A DNA stretch of 64,000 bases from the IMG/VR virus record IMGVR_UViG_3300021961_000087, one strand, 5' to 3'. The DNA comes from an uncultured virus (IMG/VR IMGVR_UViG_3300021961_000087) (Duplodnaviria > Heunggongvirae > Uroviricota > Caudoviricetes > Crassvirales). The notes beneath the pieces were generated by a model. It was not told the DNA's origin. It worked only from the letters and a program-made list of their open reading frames with translations, and did no database searches. Of this stretch, positions 47,202-57,752 are shown in pieces. How positions within the stretch are numbered: position 1 is the first letter of the stretch; each line of letters starts with the position of its first letter. The translations under genes and the position numbers were made by a program.

Positions 47202-49040
47202 TTAATCTAATTCTCCTGCGCCACCTTTTATAACACCTGATTTTACAAGTGCTTTTATATTAGCGGCTCTTTGAACAGGAGTTTCACCCGAAGGATTAGC
47301 TTTAACCCATTTCTTTATTGCTTCAACGGTACCCGCTTTTGTTATATCAAAATCAGGAGATTTATTCTTTCCACTAACTACGTATACATTATCTGTAAAT
47401 GGATTATTAGAAGACTTAACAGTAACTCCTAATCCTGATAACTTAGTATTTAATGCATCTGCAGCTTCTCCTTTACTTAATCCTGCAACATCAGCATCTG
47501 AAACAACTGTATCAATATGTCTTCCATAAATAGTCATAGGGTCTACAGCTACGGTTTTTGGTATTACATTGAAACCTGATGCTTTAGTTTTTGTTTCTAA
47601 TGGATTCTTTCCTATAAGATTATTAGCAACGCTAACTATTGTCTCTTCAGGTAAAGATGTACCGAATGCAGAAATCATTGCTTTTGTTAATTTTTTAGGG
47701 TCAGCTACTTTGCCTGCTTCTGTAAAGTTGTAAGTAGTTGGATTTTTACCATCAGTGTTTGATATAGTAATTCCTGTATCACTTCTATCAACTATTTTAC
47801 CTGATTTATTTGCTAAATATTTAATCGCATTGCCAATAGCAACAGGGTCTTTACCTGTTAATGCTGTAGCTAAATTCTCTCCAAATATTTTAGCATCTGC
47901 CTTTCTGTTTCTTTCTTCAATTTCTCCGCCCGTAGGTGCTCTACGTTCTTGTAATTGTGTTTGAGGAGTTGTTCTTACCTCTTCTTTATAATCGTATTTA
48001 GCACGAGCTTGATTACGCATAAAATCCTGAGAAGCCTTCATTTGTTCAGGAGTAAATTTAAGTGTACCTTGACCTGTAGCAGAATCAATTACTTCAAGAA
48101 TTAAATTTGGATTTGCTTTAGCTTTGGCAGGGTCTGAAGTAATATCATACAATTTACCATTTGAAGCCATTATGTTATTATCCGTAAGAACAGAAGCTCT
48201 ACTAAATGGATTAGCAAGAGCACCATCAATCATTTGATTTTCTGCATCTATAAATTTAAACATTATCTTTTTAGTAGCAGGGTCAATATCTGTTCTGCTT
48301 GTAATATCTGAAACACTTGTTATTAATCCTGTTTTACTTAAACTTGCAACTTGAGTTTGAATAGATTTCATTTCCTCTCCCAATCCTTTTGCAAATGCAT
48401 CAGTAACAGCATTAGTATCAAATTTATTCCACTCACCTAATATAAGTCCTTTAACATAATCAACGCTTGCAAGTTCTCCCGGAGCACTATCCATTACATA
48501 AACGTCTTGCCCATCAACATTCTTTTTTGTTTTTTTAGCAATTAATACTCTTCCATCCGGAGGGTTTATATAAAATCCTGATTTAGAAAAATCACCAAAA
48601 CCTTCAACCTGTTCCATTTTTCTTAGTTCATACAAAGAAGATACACCGGTTCTTGCTCTCTCCATTTTTTTACCAAACACAGCTTGATATTCTTTTAATG
48701 CATTAAATGCAGTATCTGTTCCATCAAGTAGATTCTGAGTTTTAATAGTATAATCTCTCAAACTTAAATCACCACTCTTTAATAATTTGTTTAGCGTCAA
48801 CATATATTTTGAGCCACTATCGCCAAATTCTAAAGCCGCTTGTCTTGCGCCAACGTGTTCTCCGTCAGGTGAATTTGTAAACTTCTTCATTCCCTCACGG
48901 AAATCTGCATCAATTACAGCTCTTTTTTGTTCACGAATACGAGTCTCCTCTTTGAGCATATCGCTCATATCTTTCCCTATCTCAGCCCAATTTATTTGGG
49001 AGTCTGCGCTTCGTTCTGCGTATTTATAATATGTTGCCAT
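47202..49040 (-). CDS. Putative internal virion protein
   Basis: 612 aa; podovirus-like synteny. Confidence 0.6.
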   Translation of the reverse strand: MATYYKYAERSADSQINWAEIGKDMSDMLKEETRIREQKRAVIDADFREGMKKFTNSPDGEHVGARQAALEFGDSGSKYMLTLNKLLKSGDLSLRDYTIKTQNLLDGTDTAFNALKEYQAVFGKKMERARTGVSSLYELRKMEQVEGFGDFSKSGFYINPPDGRVLIAKKTKKNVDGQDVYVMDSAPGELASVDYVKGLILGEWNKFDTNAVTDAFAKGLGEEMKSIQTQVASLSKTGLITSVSDITSRTDIDPATKKIMFKFIDAENQMIDGALANPFSRASVLTDNNIMASNGKLYDITSDPAKAKANPNLILEVIDSATGQGTLKFTPEQMKASQDFMRNQARAKYDYKEEVRTTPQTQLQERRAPTGGEIEERNRKADAKIFGENLATALTGKDPVAIGNAIKYLANKSGKIVDRSDTGITISNTDGKNPTTYNFTEAGKVADPKKLTKAMISAFGTSLPEETIVSVANNLIGKNPLETKTKASGFNVIPKTVAVDPMTIYGRHIDTVVSDADVAGLSKGEAADALNTKLSGLGVTVKSSNNPFTDNVYVVSGKNKSPDFDITKAGTVEAIKKWVKANPSGETPVQRAANIKALVKSGVIKGGAGELD

Positions 49041-49055
49041 AATTTATTTTACCTT

Positions 49056-49862
49056 TTACCTGTATATATCAAAAGGATTTTGATATGTAGATTGATTATA
49101 AAATCTAAAGTTCTTTTGTCTTTGTTGTGGACTTTGTAAAAAAAGTGGAACTGCAGGAGGTTGTGCAACAGGAGGAAGACCTGCAGGTCTAACGTTTGGA
49201 TTAATACTTTGTGGAGCTTGAGTAGGAGTTATCCCAACCCTACTTGTAGTAGTAGGTATTGTTGGCTGCTTTTGTGTCGGAGTGAAATTTGTTGTATTTC
49301 CCATTGATGTTTTTGGGAAAACCAAAGGAAGCGCAGAAGCAACTTCTCCTGCCGTGCTTACAACTCCTTGCCATCCTTGTTGTTCTGCTTGTCCTGCTAA
49401 TTCAGCAGCATTTGCTGCAGCTAACTGAGCACCTGCTGCTTCTTCTAAATCTAATTGAACACCAACATCACGAAGACGACTTTGCTCTTGTGCGCTTAAT
49501 CTTTCAAGACCCATTAGTTCTTGACCCATTTCCCTTGCTATTTTTCGTTGACCTTCTTGTTGTGCTAATTGTACACGACCTGCCGTTGCAGCAGCACCTC
49601 TTTCGCTTTCAACACCTGCTTGGATAGCTTCAGCTCCTTGAGCAAGTAATGCTTCACGTTCTAACTCGTAAGGTTCTTTTTGAATACTTAACTTATCATA
49701 AAAGTTTACCTCTAATTTTTTACGAGCTTCTTGCATAGCTTCGTCAGCGTCACGCTCTGCATTACGCTGTGCATCTCTTTGGTCTCCTGCTTGTAAAAAC
49801 GACATAGTGGTAGAAGCTGCTGTTGCCGCTATACCCATTACTGCTGCTGTTGTGACTGCCAT
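49056..49862 (-). CDS. Putative internal virion/ejection protein
   Basis: Ala-rich hydrophobic N-terminus and A/Q-rich coiled coil. Confidence 0.6.
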   Translation of the reverse strand: MAVTTAAVMGIAATAASTTMSFLQAGDQRDAQRNAERDADEAMQEARKKLEVNFYDKLSIQKEPYELEREALLAQGAEAIQAGVESERGAAATAGRVQLAQQEGQRKIAREMGQELMGLERLSAQEQSRLRDVGVQLDLEEAAGAQLAAANAAELAGQAEQQGWQGVVSTAGEVASALPLVFPKTSMGNTTNFTPTQKQPTIPTTTSRVGITPTQAPQSINPNVRPAGLPPVAQPPAVPLFLQSPQQRQKNFRFYNQSTYQNPFDIYR

Positions 49863-49863
49863 A

Positions 49864-50274
49864 TTATAAAATTTTTATCATTTCACCTGTATAAGAATCG
49901 CCCTTGATATATCCAAGTTCTTCGTACATTCCTATTAGGCTTTCATTTTTAATTAATGCGTAACTATATTTGCTTCCCGTATTCTTGCATATATCCGTCA
50001 GGGCTGACACCAATAACTTAATGGCGTCTTTTCTTTGTGGCTTCTTGGTATATTCTTTGTTTGATATTATCCAATCTACCCACGCTACTTTGGAATTAGT
50101 GAGATACATAAACCCGGCACAAACAGGAGTCTCATCATCATAAACAATGATACCACCTTTACCGTTGTTAGGTAGGAAGTCTCTTTGCGGAGCCGTCCAT
50201 CCCCACTGACTCCACCAACCTACGAGTATTTCATCGTAATCAGTATCGTTCAGTTCTCGTATAAATAGTTCCAT
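49864..50274 (-). CDS. GNAT-like acetyltransferase
   Basis: 'IREL..DY..L..W', 'PVCAGF', 'MYEELGY'; lies before the internal proteins. Confidence 0.6.
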   Translation of the reverse strand: MELFIRELNDTDYDEILVGWWSQWGWTAPQRDFLPNNGKGGIIVYDDETPVCAGFMYLTNSKVAWVDWIISNKEYTKKPQRKDAIKLLVSALTDICKNTGSKYSYALIKNESLIGMYEELGYIKGDSYTGEMIKIL

Positions 50275-50295
50275 AGCCTTACAAAGATATTAAAT

Positions 50296-51099
50296 TTAAG
50301 GAAAACTTTTCATAACCTCTGACTGTACCGCAAACAATTCTATTTTAGTGTTAGACGTGTTTTCTATATTAAATGTACAATAGTGTCCTAATACCCCGTG
50401 TGACTCAGCTACTGAGTTCTTAACATACAAGAAAAACGCATCTTGGATAGGTATAGGAGTAGTCCCCGGTATTGTGGTATCAATCGTTAATTGGTTTGTT
50501 CCATTAGGTAAATCTACTGTAATAGCTGTTACCTTACCACATAATACAGGAGTAGTATAAGGAGGTACTGAGAAGTACAATAGGTCACCAATACTTATAA
50601 TACTGCCTATAGAAACATTAACTACGAACTTAACAATGTTGCCACCGGTAACTTGATAGCTTCTGCCTATACCATTGACACTTCTAAGAGCAAACTCTCC
50701 TACTGAATTATTGCGAACAAACGCAAAGTATGCAGCCTCTTTCTTCTCAAACCAAGACTCTTGTATAAATCCTGAGTATTGTAAGTCGGTTTCTAAGGTT
50801 ACTCCCCACTTTGCATCCCCCTGTAAGTTGATTGTTTTAAATAACTTGTTCTCAAGGGGAGCCGTATTAAATACACTTTGAAGAGTAGTTGGCGTAAAGG
50901 CTCCTGTTGGGTCAGCAATCTTTACCCACCAAGGACTATAGAATGTATTTCTTTCTGCATTTACATTATGACGATAAAGGTCTCCACCCTTAAACGTATA
51001 GAAATAGTTATTCATTCCTATCATCCAATCAGGGTAATAAGAGTAGAAGGATACCCATCCTCCAACCATATCGCTATACGATAATGTATAATTTGCCAT
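50296..51099 (-). CDS. Tail protein (resembles the C-terminal part of the nozzle/stabilisation protein)
   Basis: 'TLSYS..GWVSFYSY.PD..YTFKGG.LY.HN', 'KLFKTINL', 'FEKKE'. Confidence 0.6.
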   Translation of the reverse strand: MANYTLSYSDMVGGWVSFYSYYPDWMIGMNNYFYTFKGGDLYRHNVNAERNTFYSPWWVKIADPTGAFTPTTLQSVFNTAPLENKLFKTINLQGDAKWGVTLETDLQYSGFIQESWFEKKEAAYFAFVRNNSVGEFALRSVNGIGRSYQVTGGNIVKFVVNVSIGSIISIGDLLYFSVPPYTTPVLCGKVTAITVDLPNGTNQLTIDTTIPGTTPIPIQDAFFLYVKNSVAESHGVLGHYCTFNIENTSNTKIELFAVQSEVMKSFP

Positions 51100-51110
51100 A
51101 GTTATCTATT

Positions 51111-52388
51111 TTATATACAAGCAGTATCACATACTGCAAATGTATCTAAGTTTAATGTTGTTCCTAAATCACCTGATACTACAGTATAAATTGTAGTGAA
51201 TATGCTTGCGCCTCCTGTTGAAGAACAATCGGAGTCAACGTTTATTCCTGTAGAATATGCATTTGCATACGTTCCTCCTCCACCGGTACATTGGTCGCAA
51301 GTAACTTGAACATTGATGGTATCACCTGCATATACAGTATATGTTCCACTTGAGGTAACGGTTCTACTTTCAACAATGGAGCCATTAACGTATAAGTCCA
51401 TAGTTCCTACCGAACCACCTGCTTCTGTAAATGACCAAGCTAATGATGCTGATGTTGGAGCACAAACTCCTAAAGCCACCACTACTCCTGCTGAACTTAC
51501 TTGAAACCAATCATTACCACCGGTTATAGAGCCTGATGCTCTATAAAATCCTGCCGTTAATGGTGTTTGTCCATAAGCATCAGCGAACACTAAGTCGTAT
51601 AAACCAACTGTTCCCGGAGTATTAGCCAATGAAGCATTGTAATAAGTTACTGTTTCAGATAGTGCACACGCAGCTACTGATGATACAGCACTAACGCTTG
51701 AACTAAATCCTGTAAGTAATACAGGGCAAGCAACTGACATCTGCCAAGCTGTTCCGCTACAAGGACCAACCACCTCAAAGTTTATAATTGAAGGAGAAGG
51801 TGTAAGTTTTGGTATAACCATCATTGTGCTACCCGGAGCAGAAACGCCTAATGACACATCTCCCGGTGCAACAGTAACGCTTTGCGTATTTCCTGTAGCA
51901 ACAAATGTTGTTCCATTATAAATAAACTCTGTTAATGCGGGGTAAGTTGTTCCTGAGATTCCGCAGTCAGCACCTGTCTGACCAACGTAAGTTAATGCTC
52001 CTGCATTGCTGCTTTGATGTAGACCATCTACAGGTGAAACAAGTTTATTATAAACACTTGCTCCAAGTGTGCCTCTTATGCCATCAGGGACCCCATACGG
52101 GTCAAATCTTACAATAACGGCACCTACATCAGCCACAGTAGTACCCGTCTCTAAATCAAGCAGATAAATACCTTGCCCGCCACTTGCGTTAATTGTCTCA
52201 CCACAAGGCGTAGCGCAAGAAGGACAAGACTGTTGTGGAAGCAATGCTCCACTAACCTGCTCTCTTGATATTACGCCATCCGAATAGAATCCATCAGCCG
52301 CAAGCGTAGTTAAAGCCGCATTTGAGAATACGGCTGTAGCTGATGCAAGTGATGGACCGTTTAAATAATATGTTGAACTTATTGCCAT
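51111..52388 (-). CDS. Beta-rich Cys-containing tail appendage protein
   Basis: 425 aa, S/T/G-rich, 'AADGFYSDG' module, many Cys. Confidence 0.6.
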   Translation of the reverse strand: MAISSTYYLNGPSLASATAVFSNAALTTLAADGFYSDGVISREQVSGALLPQQSCPSCATPCGETINASGGQGIYLLDLETGTTVADVGAVIVRFDPYGVPDGIRGTLGASVYNKLVSPVDGLHQSSNAGALTYVGQTGADCGISGTTYPALTEFIYNGTTFVATGNTQSVTVAPGDVSLGVSAPGSTMMVIPKLTPSPSIINFEVVGPCSGTAWQMSVACPVLLTGFSSSVSAVSSVAACALSETVTYYNASLANTPGTVGLYDLVFADAYGQTPLTAGFYRASGSITGGNDWFQVSSAGVVVALGVCAPTSASLAWSFTEAGGSVGTMDLYVNGSIVESRTVTSSGTYTVYAGDTINVQVTCDQCTGGGGTYANAYSTGINVDSDCSSTGGASIFTTIYTVVSGDLGTTLNLDTFAVCDTACI

Positions 52389-52397
52389 AGTTTGATT

Positions 52398-55300
52398 TTA
52401 AGATGGTGTGGTACAATTACAGCATACGTCAGTAATATCTACATCTGAGTAGCATAAAGTTACAGGAACCGATTGTCTGAAATCCCATATCAAATATAAA
52501 TAATCTTGTAAAGCAGGAACAGTAAACTCTGCATAGTTATATGTACCGCCACCTTGATTAGGTGTAGCAGTTGTAGCTAATCCTAATAAAGTATTAATAT
52601 TCGCACTGTTATTGCCGTACAATGTATTTGATGTATGGTATTTAAACTTGTCTTGAGCAGGGTTAAATACGAACGTGTCAGTAGCAAATTGATTTGAAAT
52701 CAAACTAACTGTGCTACCTGCAGGAGGGAAAGCCCCTGAGCCTACAGGACCCGTAGTGACATTGTACCTTGAAACTAATGGATTAGTTGTGCCTGCTACA
52801 AAAGTAACAAGGCTTGATTGTAATGGAGAAGTAAACGCTCCGTCAACATATCTGTATTGAGTATGTATGGTATCGCCTGATTCATAATCATTAGTAAGTA
52901 CAATCTGTACAACCGTAAGAGCGTCAGCTTGACAGCAATCAGCAAGTACGTTTAACACAACATCTCCTCTATAGTTTATTGTTATAGATACAGTTTCTAT
53001 TGACACATTGTTCTTATCAAATGTTAAGGTACCACCTTCAGTAACCCATCCTGTTGTATCTGTTGTTCCGTCATAGTCAATTACTATCTCAAATTCACCA
53101 TCTTCAGATATTGAAGAAACGCTATAAATAACATCAGTAAAACCAACTACAGGACCTAAGTCAACACAATAAGAAGTTGAATTGGTTTCTGCTGCCAATG
53201 TAGTTAATGTAAATGTCTGAGATATTCCACAGTCTAAACACTCAATGTTATATGGTAAATCTAACTCGTTACTTGAAAGAACATACTCGTTCATATAAGG
53301 GTCGAATCCTCCAAGTTTCTGTGTATTAAATGAAGCATTGAACTCATCTCTAAACCAAGTTCTCATATTCATTTCAGAGATAACTTTCAGTTGGTCCTGA
53401 GCATAAGAGTCTCCCCTTAATTGGATAACTGCCCCACGCTTTACGTCAGTAAAGAACCTATCGTATCCCCATTGAACATAACTCTCAGGATTAAAACTGA
53501 TGCCATATTTTTCGCTACGAGCAATCTGTGTACCTAATACCTCAGGCACAGATGCTACAACACCACCACCTGTAGAGTCAGAAATAAGGTTCTTGTCAGC
53601 CAATACATATGAAATCTTATCTTCTTGAAGAACAAGAATATCTGTTTGTCTCCCGTCCATTAAGTATATACCACCAAATGATGGCTCGCAAACTTTATAG
53701 TTAAGAAGACCTAAGTTAAATTCATTTAGCTTATTTACATTAGACTCATCGCTATACACACCACTGTATGTAATGTCAGCAAATCTATCAGCTTCTTTAT
53801 AATCTTGAGCAGATACGCTTGTAACCCTGTTGCCAAAGCCAAACGAATTGCCTACAATTGAGTCTCTAATCTTATAACTCTCTGCTCCGTTACCGAACGC
53901 AAAGCAGTTAAAGAACTTGGTATCTACTATAGCAGGGGTACCTGAGCCAATGTTTTGATTCTGAATATTACCTTGATGGTTGCCATTCACAATAGCAAAT
54001 GACATCTCATTTTCAAAGAACACGTCAGGCAATGCCTCGCTTGGTAGTGTCTCAAATATTAAAGTCTTATCAGAACGAAATACAGTAATACTTACCTCAA
54101 CACTTGATGCACGAGCATTAGGGTAACCCACACCCGTACAAGGTAATGTACCTGTTACCATCAATTGTAATTGATTGGTTGATGTATTTCTGTAAAATTT
54201 ATAATAGTTAATACATAGGTCAGTTAAAATGTCACCTGCTGTATTAGTAATTGTTGGGATAAACTCATTGTCAGGAATACATTGACCTGCTCCTGCATAT
54301 CTTGAGCCGTCATTTAAGAACTGCTCAATATTATCTCCCACCCACCAATCATACATATTGTCATATGTATTAGACGAAACAAGAGTTTTTTCTAAACTGT
54401 TTCTTCTTTCCTCACAGCTATTACCTACACCACTTCTTGTTTGCTTGATTGTCATTACAATCCTACTTCCTGCAGGAATATCATAATCAACCCAAGCAGA
54501 TGTAGCCGTATCATAACGGTTCATTGGGTAGTAAAGAATAGGGAAGGTTCCTCCTCTTGGTTGAGTTTCAGTTATTTTACCCGGACCAATAATAGCTAAT
54601 TCATCCTGAACGATATTAAAGCTGTTAGGATTAATCTTCATATAAACACCTGCAGGAATTGGCAACATTACCGTTGGGTCTAATTCACTTGGTATTTCTA
54701 AGAAGCCTGAAGCCTGAGCACTCTTCTCAAGTACAGTTGCGTACACACAAGAAGTAGTTGCTCCGTTAGAGTCAGCCTTTACAATAAGCCTATCTCCTGC
54801 CTCAATCTTACGTGCGTTCTCACCTTCAAGTAAGAAGTACGCATTATTTGTTAATGGGTCCTCAAAGAATATGCTACAATAAATTGTCTCATAGTTCTCT
54901 TCGTCAGGCTTGATAACAAACTTGTATCTCGTAGCCCAAGACGGAGGTAATTGTGTTGGCGGTATTGTGACCTGAATGGAGTTTTTGTACGCAGACAATC
55001 CACAAGGAACGTGCTCCGTATTATTAGGGCTTACAAGAGCGGTTGTAGCTCTATTAAACTCATCCATGTACACAATACCAATCTCGTAATCACGGTTACT
55101 ATGTAAGCTCTGAGGATTAGCTATTTCTTGGAATGTTGCTTCAGCTAATGTAACCTCATAATATTCATATAAAGTTTGAGTAGGCGTAACGATATTATCT
55201 ACATAACGCATTGCAGGGAATTGTAGTCCAATTACGCTGCTTCCCGGACTTGTAATAATTCCTACCGGTTCACCTACTGCACTAATACCACTACCATTTT

Positions 55301-56816
55301 TGGTAAATGCATCTAAATTGTTTGGTATCGCACAGTTAAAAGCATCTGTAAATGTTGTTCCATTACAAGAGTTAGCTACCGTTTGAATATTAGCTGCTGT
55401 ACCTACTGCATTTTGAAACTCAACACTTGTTGCTAACTGATATACTGATGTATATGTAGTAGACAAAAAGAAAGCAAAGTTTAATCTAACATTATCTGTT
55501 TCCTCAGTAGGGAAAGGCGTTTGACCTGAAAACTGAGCGTGAGCAATAACTACATCTAAGTTTATTGCAGACCCTGCTACCAAGTTTTGTCCTGTCAAAT
55601 CAAATGTAACAACTGCATTAGCAACGTTTACACTACCATTGATAGAATAGTTACCTGAAGCAAGACCATCAGTAATATCAGTATTACCAATTGGGGTAGA
55701 TACCAAACTCGTTGTGTACTCAAACTTTACCGGTGCGCCATATTGGTCTATTAAATCATAGCCCTCAACATAGTTACCATACATCAACCTGTTACCCATA
55801 ATTGTCTGAGCCTTTGCAAATCGAGGTACGTTGTCGTACAATCTAAGTAACTCAGCAGCAGATAGAATGGTAAAGATTTTACTATTAGTAAATGTATATT
55901 GGTAGTCTGTATTGTTTGCAAGACCTAAGTTAGACTTGTCAAGTTTCTCAATAACCTTGATGACATTGCCATCTGACCTCTTGAACAATAAGTCAATGCC
56001 AACTACAAGTGAACCGCCTGAGTTGTATGTAATTATTGCTGAGTTGCAGAAATTTGTCATACCCTCGTTCAAGAAACTTTCAATGCTAAAGCTAAATGGA
56101 TTAGGTACAAAAGCAGGTTGAGACCACTGAGAAGTGGCACTGTACTCTCCATCAATGTACCTATATCTATAAGCAAAGCAGATAAACCTTGTATCCAAAT
56201 AGTTCTCTTGACCATTGGTTACAATTGGCTCAACACCCGGAGACTCAACCGGTGGCTTTTTGATAACAAGTAGTGACTCTGCACTAACTTGGTCAATATT
56301 GGCAATAGGGTTTGGATAGTTCCTATTTATATTAATAAACCTTGGAGCATTATAATCATCTGTAAAAAAGAACAAATCATTTAAAATGTCCATACCCGTA
56401 ACCAAATAGTTCGGGTTAAAGTTTAATGTAGTGTTTACACCACCACCATCGTCAATGCTGACAACGTGGTAGGTTAATATGTTTGTTGAAACATTAAAAG
56501 AAACAATCAGGTCAAGTTTACCTGTAGCACCTTCTGAAAAGTTTGGGTCGTGAACAAGCCAATAAATGGTTTCATTCACACTATTTTGTAGAGCACCTAT
56601 ACATTTTGCCTGAGAGCTAAGTGGCGTTCCATCAATATATGATAATGAAGTAAGGGGAAGATTCCCCTTTGTATTCTCAATAACTCCAACCTCTGAGTTC
56701 TCAGTTGAACCCATTCTAATATTCATAGCATCTATATACTCACCTTCAGGAAGAAGTCGTTCATCAACGACTTTATTCATCCTGCCTGCTATAAAGTTTC
56801 TTGTAAAATTTGCCAT
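52398..56816 (-). CDS. Tail stabilisation/nozzle protein
   Basis: 'F..GRMNK..DERL.P.GEY.DAMN', 'FFTDD.NAPR', 'FAYRYRY.DGEYS', 'GNRLMYGNY', 'LGGFDPY'. Confidence 0.7.
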   Translation of the reverse strand: MANFTRNFIAGRMNKVVDERLLPEGEYIDAMNIRMGSTENSEVGVIENTKGNLPLTSLSYIDGTPLSSQAKCIGALQNSVNETIYWLVHDPNFSEGATGKLDLIVSFNVSTNILTYHVVSIDDGGGVNTTLNFNPNYLVTGMDILNDLFFFTDDYNAPRFININRNYPNPIANIDQVSAESLLVIKKPPVESPGVEPIVTNGQENYLDTRFICFAYRYRYIDGEYSATSQWSQPAFVPNPFSFSIESFLNEGMTNFCNSAIITYNSGGSLVVGIDLLFKRSDGNVIKVIEKLDKSNLGLANNTDYQYTFTNSKIFTILSAAELLRLYDNVPRFAKAQTIMGNRLMYGNYVEGYDLIDQYGAPVKFEYTTSLVSTPIGNTDITDGLASGNYSINGSVNVANAVVTFDLTGQNLVAGSAINLDVVIAHAQFSGQTPFPTEETDNVRLNFAFFLSTTYTSVYQLATSVEFQNAVGTAANIQTVANSCNGTTFTDAFNCAIPNNLDAFTKNGSGISAVGEPVGIITSPGSSVIGLQFPAMRYVDNIVTPTQTLYEYYEVTLAEATFQEIANPQSLHSNRDYEIGIVYMDEFNRATTALVSPNNTEHVPCGLSAYKNSIQVTIPPTQLPPSWATRYKFVIKPDEENYETIYCSIFFEDPLTNNAYFLLEGENARKIEAGDRLIVKADSNGATTSCVYATVLEKSAQASGFLEIPSELDPTVMLPIPAGVYMKINPNSFNIVQDELAIIGPGKITETQPRGGTFPILYYPMNRYDTATSAWVDYDIPAGSRIVMTIKQTRSGVGNSCEERRNSLEKTLVSSNTYDNMYDWWVGDNIEQFLNDGSRYAGAGQCIPDNEFIPTITNTAGDILTDLCINYYKFYRNTSTNQLQLMVTGTLPCTGVGYPNARASSVEVSITVFRSDKTLIFETLPSEALPDVFFENEMSFAIVNGNHQGNIQNQNIGSGTPAIVDTKFFNCFAFGNGAESYKIRDSIVGNSFGFGNRVTSVSAQDYKEADRFADITYSGVYSDESNVNKLNEFNLGLLNYKVCEPSFGGIYLMDGRQTDILVLQEDKISYVLADKNLISDSTGGGVVASVPEVLGTQIARSEKYGISFNPESYVQWGYDRFFTDVKRGAVIQLRGDSYAQDQLKVISEMNMRTWFRDEFNASFNTQKLGGFDPYMNEYVLSSNELDLPYNIECLDCGISQTFTLTTLAAETNSTSYCVDLGPVVGFTDVIYSVSSISEDGEFEIVIDYDGTTDTTGWVTEGGTLTFDKNNVSIETVSITINYRGDVVLNVLADCCQADALTVVQIVLTNDYESGDTIHTQYRYVDGAFTSPLQSSLVTFVAGTTNPLVSRYNVTTGPVGSGAFPPAGSTVSLISNQFATDTFVFNPAQDKFKYHTSNTLYGNNSANINTLLGLATTATPNQGGGTYNYAEFTVPALQDYLYLIWDFRQSVPVTLCYSDVDITDVCCNCTTPS

Positions 56817-56817
56817 C

Positions 56818-57741
56818 TTATTTGATTTGCTTGTCCAATCCTCTTAAGTTCATTAAGAGTCTGCCGGGATGAATGTTACTGATTCTAATCTTTGCGTTTC
56901 TAAGCAATGCGCTTTTTTCCTTACGAGCACGTGCAACAATATATTCCTGCACGCCTAATTTAGAACTTAAAATGTCATATTGAATAGAAGCGTAAATATA
57001 TTTCTCAAATAATTTATTGACTGTAATCAGAGAGTTATCTCCTCCTTCCATACCATCAGAAACATATTCCAAAATACATTGCTGACCTGACATAGATGAG
57101 TCAAAATTAATTACTCCTGATTTTCTGTCAACGTTAAATGTAGGATTAAAGTTTGCAGTTTCTGTATTCAATCCATATGCAGTTCCGATATTAGCCTCAA
57201 AGTACCACATACCATCGTAGTTCCAACCAAGTTGACCATTGAATTGGTTTCCTTGGTTAAGATAGATACTCTTCTTGATATGCGTTAATCTGTCGTAATC
57301 AATCTCAGAATACTGAGGACTCAATGCGTTTCCGTATTGGTCAAATAAAATACGACCTGTATTATCTTGCAAGTATGCCTTAGATGAAAGTGTTTGGATA
57401 TTCTCTGTTAATGGTCTTAACCAACCATCTTTGTATAAAGATATACGTACCCAATTGACATAGTCAGATGGTAAGATGTATCTCAACATATCAGGAACTG
57501 TAAGCTCCAATACTTTAATTTCTTTAAATGCATCGTAGTTTAATTCCTGTATAGCACGCTTAGCGTGGAACAATACTTTGTAACGCTCTTCATTGTTAAC
57601 CAATGAATGGTTACCTGAGTACATTAACAAGAAATTGTTTACGATGTCTTGTAGGCTAACGTATTGATACGACCCCCAATTGGCGTCCTCGGGTTGAACT
57701 CCTCCGTTCTCGTAGTATTGATACTGTGATATATATGCCAT
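56818..57741 (-). CDS. Tail tubular/adaptor protein
   Basis: 'FHAKRAIQEL.YD', 'LPSDYVNWVR', 'LEYVSDG'. Confidence 0.65.
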   Translation of the reverse strand: MAYISQYQYYENGGVQPEDANWGSYQYVSLQDIVNNFLLMYSGNHSLVNNEERYKVLFHAKRAIQELNYDAFKEIKVLELTVPDMLRYILPSDYVNWVRISLYKDGWLRPLTENIQTLSSKAYLQDNTGRILFDQYGNALSPQYSEIDYDRLTHIKKSIYLNQGNQFNGQLGWNYDGMWYFEANIGTAYGLNTETANFNPTFNVDRKSGVINFDSSMSGQQCILEYVSDGMEGGDNSLITVNKLFEKYIYASIQYDILSSKLGVQEYIVARARKEKSALLRNAKIRISNIHPGRLLMNLRGLDKQIK

Positions 57742-57752
57742 ATCTTAATATT

